DNA of 64,000 nt, taken from NCBI GenBank assembly GCA_002269645.1, contig NIVC01000082.1, forward strand, positions 434,001 to 498,000, in the 5' to 3' direction. Under the pieces are notes generated by a model. The model was not told the DNA's origin. It saw nothing but the letters and a program-made list of their open reading frames with translations, and searched no databases. Below are positions 1-11,200 of the stretch, one piece after another. Within the stretch, counting starts at the first letter, position 1; every line of letters starts with the position of its first letter. The stretch is from Macrostomum lignano (taxonomy: Eukaryota). Made by a program: the position numbers and the translations under genes.

Positions 1-1859
1 TTCAGAATCAATGCCTTTGTTAGCTAGATTTTGTCAAATGTTTTTATTATTGCAAGATGCACTCTGTTGATCTAAGTGTCAAAGGCAATATTGTTGTCAA
101 TGTTGGGTGTCTTTAGCCTCATTGTCACAGCAGTGACTGTTGTCAGATGTGGTGTCAGCTGTATCACACCTGTCACTATGCCAAACCATTGGTATAGGTA
201 TCATAGGTGTCACAAATTATGTTCAAGTTTTATTTTTCATTTCATCTTATTGACTGGGTCAGTAAAAAAGAGATAAATGGTGGCAGTTCTTGTTCTAGCT
301 AGATGGACTATAGATTTTTTGCATTCTAATTCTCTCTGTTGTTTGTGGCTCCAAGTGATATCAATATTGTTCTCCTCTAATGCCAGAATGCTCTAAAATG
401 ATGTGCAATTATGAACAAATAGAAAAGCTTCAATTTGTGTTTTCTCAGTGACTTTTAATACATTACTAAATTATTAAACAATAATACAGTATTATTATAG
501 TATTATAAAAGTATATATAGTATATATAGTATAGTAAATATATAGTAAAGTATATATAGTATTATTAAATTACTAAAAAATAATACATGTATATGTCATT
601 ATTGTTTAGTCATTCAGTTGATAGAAATTGATATATCAAAGTTATAGCTTGATGAATAAAATATATCATTAAAGATAGATGTCTATCCTGAAATATAATA
701 ATAATAAAATTTGATAATTTGATCAAAGATCTGGATACCCAAATCTCATAGTATCATTGAGTTTTCCCCCAGTGATTCAAAAAGCAATAGTCATAGCCAA
801 CTCCATTACCCTATGCCCTTAGATTATTTTGCTTAAATATTCACATAAAGCTATTTGAATTCCAAGGCAATCCTCTGCAATAGGATTTGTGTAGTAGTTG
901 CATCAAAAAGTATTGTTCTTAAAGTTCTTTTGTTTGTCTTTCATAAAAAGAACTAGAAATTGCTCAATTTTCATTGCATGCTACTTATCATACTTTTGTG
1001 AGTAGTATATCACATTCGCTTTTTCAAAGTACATTTCGAGTGTCTACTGTGGATTTTTTCTACCCTAAAAGAAGAGCATCGAAGGGAAGGTCTTTGTGCC
1101 ACTGAGAAAACGCTTGACCAGCCTCAGCTGTTTAAATCAGTCTAGTTTTTTTTCTTGATTCGATAAAAATGGGCTATCTAAATTCTCTCGTACGTGTGTT
1201 TCTTTATTAGTTGCAAAATCTCAAATTTTATAATCTTTTAGTTTTCCCCCGTTTCTTTCTAGTTATTTTTCTTGCTGCTTCTCAGAGCTACCGAATGAGC
1301 CGTGCCCAGTGACAATGCCTATGCCTCTCTCAACAGAGGAGCACGATTTGTTTAATCAGCTGCCAAGCGAAACCTGCGACTTGTTTATTCTTTCATGCAG
1401 CTCAACAGGTTTTTTGGAGAAAGGATGAAAAATATACTGATCAAGAGATTTTCAGTAGCAAATCTGGCAGATGCTCACGTCCCAGTTGTATAGGGGCACT
1501 TGCTCTTGAGCGGCAAAAACCCTTTCTCAATGATAAAGGAATAACTCTCGTTTACCTTTGATTAAGCTCTGCCATCTGCAGCCTTTTTTTGGAGATTTTT
1601 CTTTTTCCCTACTTGTCTTTTAATCTGCGGCTCTTCCGCCTTCTTCGAGTATTCTTTGCTTTTGAGCTATCAATGGTTATGCGGGCTCTTTGGTTAGAAA
1701 AAACCGAAGCCGCTTTATAACAAATCAAGTCAATTTTCGAATTTGAAATATTCTTCAGGCCTCTTCAAGCTCCCCGCTCTTGAACTCATTGTTTTGGCTG
1801 CCTGCATCTCGACCTCGTTGACGAAGTCGCTTTGAATTTTCGCTTCTAGGTTGGACTGC

Positions 1860-2105
1860 CAGCCTCTGAGCCTCCCAGATCCTCTCAGTTGCTGGGCCAG
1901 CCTCCCAGATCCTCAATCTCTGAGCCACTAGCCTCCCAGATCCTCATTCTCTGAGTCACTAGCCTCCCAGATCCTCAGTTGCTGTGCTACCAGCCTCCAA
2001 GATCCTCAGAGTTGCTGGGCCAGCCTCCCAGATCCGCTCAGTTACTGGGCCAGCCTTCCAGATCCCCAGAGTTGCTGGGCCAGCCTCCCAGATCCTCAGC
2101 TCAGC
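1860..2105. repeat. 28-bp minisatellite (GTTGCTGGGCCAGCCTCCCAGATCCTCA), short upstream array
   Basis: About 8 degenerate units, the same unit as at 14700-15915. Confidence 0.9.
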
Positions 2106-2278
2106 TGCCAACTGCCAAGCCGCGAACAGACTTCCAGTTTATCAAGCTTCTAAGCTCGTAGTTAACGGTGCAATCGTCCATCCTAAATTCCAATTTACTA
2201 TCTAAGTATATTTAGTATTCAATATCAGTACATCATCTCTATGTTTATAAATCCTTCTCACTTCAGCCGCCATTGAAC

Positions 2279-5200
2279 ATGCCGTCAAATACGTTTCAAC
2301 GAGTTGTACAGTTGCTAGGCGACGCTCAGACTAGCTTCGTTGCCAAGGAGAAACTCGACTGTTTATCCCAGGTTCGCGAGCTGATCTTTCACCGCGAGCC
2401 ATCTCTGCTAGACAATTTCTTAGACGAATTCATGGACTTCCAGCACGACAAGCACGCCGAAGTGCGTCGGGCTGTTGTAGAATTCATTGAATTAGCCTGC
2501 AAGTACGACAACGATCATCTGCGCAAAGGTGTCGAACGGCTGTATCACATCATACAGAATGACAAGGAGAAGCTGAACGTTATCAAACGAGTGATCGGAG
2601 CGCACACTGTAGTGTACAAGCTCTGCCTATCGTGGCTGGCTAGGAGTAAAGGCGCTAACAAAGTCATAGTTGACACATTTGGCATCGCTTGCAAAATTAA
2701 AGAACGAATTTTAGCCCTACTGGCCAGCGATAATGAAGGTATTCGAGCATTTGTTATCAAGTTTCTCGAAGCGGTTGTGCTCACCCAGTCGCGCCGACGG
2801 CCGGACTCTGAAATTCCCAAAGCTCAAGAGAAAGACGTGTCGCTGGATCAAATACCATTGGATCATCGGACTTTGAATATTAAACGATTGGAAGACGAAG
2901 GCAAACGGTGCTTTGACGAGCTGCTAACTTTGGCTCACAGCGACTCTAGCAGTATCTGCCTACAGGTGGGCATGAATTCGCTGGTTAATATTGCCCTACA
3001 GAGGCCTCAGTTTATGGCTAGGGCTGTTGCCAGCTTAGAGACTTTGCACGTTAATCTGCCGCCACAGCTGGCCACGTCCCAGGTATGATTTGTATTTTTT
3101 CATTCTTTTTTAATGCATGATGATGGGACCTGATGCTGTCTCTAATTACAGATTTGTTGCCTGGATTATGGGATCTTTAATTAGGGATTTATTGGTCTGG
3201 ATTATGGGATCTCTAATTAATGATTTGTTGCCTGAATAATGGGATCTTTAATTAGGGATTTATTGGTCTGGATTATGGGATCTCTAATTAATGATTTGTT
3301 GCCTGAATAATGGGATCTTTAATTAGGGATTTATTGGTCTGGATTATGGGATCTCTAATTAATGATTTGTTGCCTGAATAATGGGATCTTTAATTAGGGA
3401 TTTATTGGTCTGGATTATGGGATCTCTAATTAATGATTTGTTGCCTGAATAATGGGATCTTTAATTAGGGATTTATTGGTCTGGATTATGGGATCTCTAA
3501 TTACAGATTTGTTGCCTGGATTATGGGATCTTTAATTAGGGATTTATTTCTCTGGATTATGGGATGTCTAATTAAGGATTTATTACCTGCATGATGAGAT
3601 CTATAATTAGGTACTTATTAACTGCATGATGGGATCTCTAATTAGGGACTTATTACCTGCATGATGGGATCTCTAATTAGGGACTTATTACCTGCATGAT
3701 GGGATCTCTAATTAGGGACTCTTTACCTGCATGATGGGATCTCTAATTAGGGACTTATTACCTGCATGATTGGATCTCTAATTAGGGACTTATTACCTTC
3801 ATGATGAGATCTCTAATTAGGGACTTATTACCTGAAAGATGGGATCTCTAATTAAGGATTTATTACCTGGATGATAGAATCTCTAATTAGGGATTTATTA
3901 CCTGGATTATGGGATCATTAAATTAGGGACTTATTACCTGGATTATGGGATCTTAAATTAGGGATTAACTATGAGTATCTATCGTGGATGAAAAATCTCT
4001 AATTAGGGATTTTTTAACTATATGATGAAATCTCTAATTAGAATTATCGGATTACCTGGATTATGACATCCATAATTAGGAATTAGGTTCACAAGGCACA
4101 GAGACTGTACATGCCGGACGATTTTAGTAAGTCAGGACCGCTTTGCACCCTGTGTGAGCGTTGTGTATGAGTGCGTGCCTTCCTGCTCAGGAATCTCAGC
4201 GTTGTTGTTTGTGGCTGCGGAACGATTTTGCCAAAAGCGTTGCACCAGGTGCTCACAGTCTTCCCTGCGACTAATGTTATTTGAAAGTAAACTGCGGTGG
4301 GAATACAGGCTGTGGGATTGGGAGTTGCCAAGCAAACACTGGGCAGTGTCAGCACGGCTGTACCAGCTGTATACACAGCTCTGTGAGCGCCAAGTCTTCT
4401 TGCCAACTAAACCAATTGGATATTACAGAAAAAATCGATGGAAGCTCTACAATCTGGCTTTTGTAAAAAAAACCATTGAACTTGGTTTTTCTCTTTGGAT
4501 ACCTGTCTCGAGAAGCCGTGGACTCAGTTAACGAAGTCGTTTACCTTCGTAAAGAATTCGACTGCATTACTTGAGTTCACAAGATCAAATTTGGCATCTC
4601 GTACGCTTTATCGCTGTTGTTTTCGAGTGTCTTATTGAGGTAGCGAGTCTGCCTACTTGCATGAGGAACGCTTAGAAAATGACAGAATCCTGTCAGAACT
4701 ACACTGTCAAAATCGATTAAGAATTTGTGCCGCTTATTGTCAAAAAGACTTCTCTTTCTGCCCACAGCCTTGTCGTCTCCTTAAGTTGCTACGGTTTCAA
4801 CTGCAATAATAGACAAGTCGCGTGACTTTTAATCTTGTATCTAAACGGGCAGTCACGTGACTTTATAATTGCGCCTGAACGGGCAGTCACGTGACTTTAA
4901 TTTGCATCTGAACGGGCAGTCACGTGACTTTATATTGCATTTGAACAGGCAGTCACGTGACCTAATTAATGTGTCTGAACGGGCAGTCACGTGACTTTAT
5001 TTTGTGTCTGAACGGGTAGTCACGTACGTAACTTTATATTGTCTGAACGGGTAGTCACGTGGCTTTATATTGCATCTGAACAGGCAGTCACGTGACTTTA
5101 TTTTGTGTCTTAACGAGTAGTCACGTGACTTTATATTGCATCTGAACAGGCAGTCACGTGACTATATTGTGTCTTAACGGGTAGTCACGTGACTTTATAT

Positions 5201-8200
5201 TGCATCTGAACAGGCAGTCACGTGACTTTATATTGTGTCTTAACGGGTAGTCACGTGACTTTATATTGCATCTGAACAGGCAGTCACGTGACTATATTGT
5301 GTCTTAACGGGTAGTCACGTGACTTTATATTGCATCTGAACAGGCAGTCACGTGACTATATTGTGTCTTAACGGGTAGTCACGTGACTTTATATTGCATC
5401 TGAACAGGCAGTCACGTGACTTTATATTGTCTGAATGGGCATTAACCAGGGGTCGGTAGACTTTTTTACTTCAAGGTCCAGATAAAGAATCAAGTTCATA
5501 GCCGCAGGCCAGATTAGAGGTAAGAAAAGAGAGAATAGAGAAAAGGAAAGAGGATATGGAATGAGAGAGTAGATGAGAGAAGTGAGATGAGACACAAACC
5601 TTGAGCGGGCCGGATTGCTATATTGTGAAGTTTCAGATGACCCAAGGGCCGGGTACACAACTTTCTTCTTGTCACGTGACTTAAAAGCTACAAGTACGTA
5701 TTTGGTAATCGTATTTGGTAAAAGTTCAAGAAGTCCCCCCCTACTTCTCGCCAGGTAACCTCAGTCCGCAAGTGCCTGAAGCAATGCCTGCTGTCAATAC
5801 TGCGCCATCCCAGCAGTTTGGATCACCAGCAGCAGGTTGCCACGCTACTGACAGACCTCGGCGCCACCCAAGCCGAGGTGGTCAAAGCAATGCCCAGAGT
5901 CGACGAAGCGACCCGGAAGCGTCGCCAACAGGAGGCCGCTGAACGGCTTCAACAGGCGGCCGCCGCAGCGGCTGCGGCTGCCTCAGGCGGCGAAAGCGGC
6001 GTCAGCAAGCGGCCTCGCCTTGACGACGATGCGGTCGGTTCTGGCGCCGGCGCGTCAGCCGCCTCCGCTGCTGCTGTCAGCGGAGCGCCGGCTTCTTCAG
6101 CTGCCGCCGCAGCCGCCGCAGCCGCCGCGGACGACTTTGAAGACGACGAGGCTGGCGAAGCGTCCGAGCTGGACAAAGCGGCCGAGAAACTGGTCGGAAA
6201 GCTGACACCGGCCAATGTGTCCGACCTGGTGCTGCTCAGCATGGTGATGCTGCCGGACTCAATACCGCCAGCCTTTCAGAGCACCTACACGCCTATTGCT
6301 GCTGCCGGCACCCCCGCTCAGGTTGGAGTCCTTGGGATATTTGCGAAATTGTCTATCTTAAATCCCCCAGATTCGACTCAAAATCTTCAATCCCCCAGAT
6401 TCGACTCAAAATCTTAAATCCTCAGATTCGAGTTCATAATCCTAAATGCCAAGATTCGACTCGGATTCTTAAATCCTCAGATTCGACTCGCATTCTTAAA
6501 TCCCCAGATTCGACTCAAAATCTTAAATCCCCCAGATTCGACTCAAAATCTTCAATCCCCCAGATTCGACTCAAAATCTTAAATCCTCAGATTCGAGTTC
6601 ATAATCCTAAATCCCAAGATTCGACTCGGATTCATAAAATCCCCAGATTCGACTCAAAATCTTAAATCCAAAATCTTAAATCTTAAATTGTGTCAGATGG
6701 GACTGTCAGCTGACATCTGTACTGACAGTCCCGTGTTTCAGGTGAGACTGTCAGCTGAGATCTGTACTGTGAGTCTCGTGAATCAGAGATATCAAAACTC
6801 TCCGTCTAAATCTTATGTCTAAATCTTAAATCTTAATCCAGCTGACTCAAAATCTTAAATCCTCAGATTCGAATCATAATCCTAAATCCTCAGATTCGAC
6901 TCATAATCCTAAATCCCCACATTCCCCAGTTTCAACTCATAATCCTAAATTCTCAGATTCGACTCAATTCTCAATCCTCAGATTCAACTCATAATCCTAA
7001 ATCCCCAGTTTCAACCCATAATCCTAAATCCTCAGATTCATCTCATAATCCTAAATCCTCAGATTCGACTCATAATCCTAAATCCTCAGATTCGACTCAT
7101 AATCCTAAATCCACAAATTCGACTCATAATCCTAAGTCCTCAGATCGCTAATCTTCCACTTACTCGGCCTATAATCCCACCTAGATCGGTCACCTGTCCA
7201 GACTGTTAGCTGCACAGCTATTAGCAGCCGGCCTCGCTCCAGACGGCTCGAAGTTGCCAGCTAAACGCGCGAGTACAGCAGCTGCTGCCGCTGCTTCAAC
7301 TGCCGCTGGATCCTCTGCTACCACGGCTGAAACGGCGACGGCCTCGGCAGCTCTGCAGCAGCAGAAGCCGGCCTTTCCCAACATACCAAGGCCGGACACC
7401 GCCATGTCCATTCCTATCCAACAAGCGCCATCGCGTCCCAGACAGCAATTCAGCTTGCACAAGGCTGTTACTCCGCTAACTAAAGAGACTCAAGCTCAGT
7501 TAGCTAGAATGGCTTTCGAACGATTGTTATATCCGGCTGGTCACGTGACCTCGCATCCGGGCCTGTCCATTGTTAGGCAGCGTCTGTTGTCTGGTCTGAC
7601 TGCGCAGTTTGGCGGCGACCTGTACCAGCTGTTGTTCGACTATGTTGTAGAGGATGTTCGAAGGCGCTGGGAGCTGCTAGTCATGCTGCTTTATCACGAG
7701 TATACAAGGTGAGTTTTAGCGGCGGCATCGTTTTCCATTATTAAGCTTCTCGTCTGTCGTTAAGCTCTGCAAGGGGCATTAAGACTTCCATGCGTCATGC
7801 AAGCTCTCCATGGGTCATGCAAGCTCTCCATAGGTCATGCAAGCTCTCCATGGGTCATGCAAGCTCTCCATGGGTCACGCAAGCTCTCCATGGGTCACGC
7901 AAGCTCTCCATGGGTCATGAAAGCTCTCCATAGGTCATGCAAGCTCTCCATGGGTCATGCAAGCTCTCCATGGGTCATGCAAGCTCTCCATGGGTCATGC
8001 AAGCTCTCCATGGGTCATGCAAGCTCTTCATGGGTCATTCAAGCTCTCTATAAGTCATACAAGCTCTCCCTGTGTCATTAAGCTTGCCATGGGTCATGCA
8101 AGCTCTCCATGAGTCATTAAGCTCTCTATGGGTCATTGAGCTCTCCATGGGTCATGCAAGCTCTTTAAGTGTCATTGAGCTCTCCATGGGTCATTAAGCT

Positions 8201-11200
8201 CTCTATGGGTCATTGAGCTCTCTATGGGTCATTGAGCTCTCCATGGGTCATTAAGCTCTCTATGGGTCATTGAGCTCTCCATGGGTCATTAAGCTTGCCA
8301 TGGGTCATAAAAGCTCTCTATGGGTCATTGAGCTCTCCATGGGTCATTAAGCTTGTCATGGGTCATAAAAGCTCTCTATGGGTCGTGTAAGTTTGCCATG
8401 CCATTAACTCGTTAAGCTAGCTCTCATAGGTCATAGGCCAGACCTCATGGTTCATTAAGTCAGCTCTTCATGTGTCATTTTAAAGCTCGCTCTCAGCCTA
8501 ATGGCTGTGGGGTTATTAAAACTGCTCCCATTTAGCCGAGCATTTTCTTTAACTTGAAAACTTTTGCGTGAAGCAAAAGAATGGATGCAAAAATGTAGGC
8601 AATGTAGTCTTCGTGTTTATCTACAAATCTCCTCGCTAATTATGACTTAGCATCATCACTACTGACTAATTACATGCCTTCCTGAACTTGTGCCATCTGC
8701 GTGAAATAAAAAGTTGCTGTCCTATCCTACAAGTATATACATTATTAATGATCACGCGCTACCTGTTACAACCTAAGGCCAGGCAGGTGTGTGATTGTAC
8801 GAAATTTGTTAGCCAAATCAAGGCAAATACACTAAGGGTATCTGTAGTAACGGTATGTCTAAAAACAGCTCATCTCAAGCTGGTCAGAGGCTCAGCAGGG
8901 GATTCTGATGCTTTAAGAAACCCCTTTGAGTCCCGGGAATATAATCCGCGTGGTTAATCCTCTCTAGTCGTGGCATTTATTTTCCCCCGATTGTCTGTCC
9001 TGGACATCAGTAGTCAACTTACCATTGTGTTTGGATCTTAAGATGTTTATTGTTATCTGAGCTGTGTAGCTTTGCTTAAATCTTTTGAGCTTGTCGTGGT
9101 ATTCTATGTGCCTTGGCTCCATCAGTCTCAGTGTGTCAGATAGGACTGTCAGCTGACATCTGTAACTGACAGTCTCAGTGTGTGTCAGATAGGACTGTCA
9201 GCTGACATCTGTAACTGACAGTCTCAGTGTGTGTCAGATAGGACTGTCAGCTGACATCTGTACTGACAGTCTCAGTGTGTGTCAGATGGGACTGTCAGCT
9301 GACATCTGTACTGACAGTCTCAGTGTGTGTCAGATAGGACTGTCAGCTGACATCTGTACTGACAGTCTCAGTGTGTGTCAGATGGGACTGTCAGCTGACA
9401 TCTGTACTGACAGTCTCAGTGTGTGTCAGATGGGACTGTCAGCTGACATCTGTACTGACAGTCTCAGTGTGTGTCAGATGGGACTGTCAGCTGACATCTG
9501 TACTGACAGTCTCAGTGTGTGTCAGATGGGACTGTCAGCTGACATCTGTACTGACAGTCTCAGTGTGTGTCAGATGGGACTGTCAGCTGACATCTGTACT
9601 GACAGTCTCAGTGTGTGTCAGATAGGACTGTCAGCTGACATCTGTACTGACAGTCTCAGTGTGTGTCAGATGGGACTGTCAGCTGACATCTGTACTGACA
9701 GTCTCAGTGTGTGTCAGATAGGACTGTCAGCTGACATCTGTACTGACAGTCTCAGTGTGTGTCAGATGGGACTGTCAGCTGACATCTGTACTGACAGTCT
9801 CAGTGTGTGTCAGATGGGACTGTCAGCTGACATCTGTACTGACAGTCTCAGTGTGTGTCAGATAGGACTGTCAGCTGACATCTGTACTGACAGTCTCAGT
9901 GTGTGTCAGATGGGACTGTCAGCTGACATCTGTACTGACAGTCTCAGTGTGTGTCAGATAGGACTGTCAGCTGACATCTGTACTGACAGTCTCAGTGTGT
10001 GTCAGATAGGACTGTCAGCTGACATCTGTACTGACAGTCTCAGTGTGTGTCAGATGGGACTGTCAGCTGACATCTGTACTGACGGTGTGTGTCAGGTGAG
10101 ACTTTCATCTGACATCTGTACTGTCAGTCTCAGTGTATCAGAGATATCAAAACTCTCCGTTAGTCGATCTGTCGGATTTTAGCTGGCCATCATAAATCAT
10201 ACAGCTGCATAGCAACTAACGGTACGCTAATTCCCACCTGTCGCAGGTACCTTGGCTACACGGTTGCCCAGCCGTCAGACGGTAGCAGCGCTGTAAAGCT
10301 CGGCTCGTACGAGTCCTACGATAGATTAATGAGCAGCCTGTGCAACAGTCTGCAATTACTGCCAACTAGCAAAGAGCTGTACTTTGCCAAGCTACTGGCC
10401 GAAGCGCCCCTAGTAACCGACTCGGCGTTCGAACAGCTGCGAACTCACTGCATGCGGCAGCCGGATCAGGGCTTGAAGCTGTTGCGCGATCTGGCTCTAA
10501 GCCGTCCGCAGCCCAGGTTTCTCATCGCTCTGCTTCAGTTTGCCGCCTGCGGCGAACGACCCGACCTTCGCGCGCCGGCTCTCGACATCGTCAAGGAGCT
10601 GTACATCGATGATAGGCACGATGAGATACGAGACTTCGCTTTGCAACGCTTGGAACTGCTGGTGACGGCGTTCGGCGGCTCCGCTGGCGCTGGCAGCGTC
10701 GATGGAGTCGACGATGTCGGCGGCAAGGATGCTACAGCTGAGGAGGCAGCGGCCACGGTGCCACCGCCTGCCGAGCTGTTTTGTTTGCCCGGACAGGTCT
10801 GGCTGATTGATTGATTCTTAAAATTTTGACAGGCCGTTTAAAAATCGTTTGTGCCGCTTCCTAATTCGAATGTGCCACTTCCTAATCCCAATGTGCCACT
10901 TCCTAATTTCAATGTGCCACTTCTTAATCCTAATGTGCCACTTCCTAATCCTAATGTGCGACTTCCCAATCCCAATGTGCCGCTTCCTAATCCCAATGTG
11001 CCGCTTTTTAATCCCAATGTGCCACTTTCTAATCCCAAATGTGCCGCTTTTTAATCCCAATGTGCCACTTCCTAATCCCAGATGTGCCACTTCCTAGTTC
11101 CAATTGTGCCGCTTCCTAATTCCAATGTGTCACTTCTCAATCCTAATGGGCCACTTCCTAATCCTAATGTACGACTTCCTAATCCCAATGTGCCACTTCT

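Noticed and set aside
9229-10182. 317-aa Cys-rich repeat ORF
   Set aside because: It lies inside symplekin intron 3, bounded by phase-compatible splice sites.
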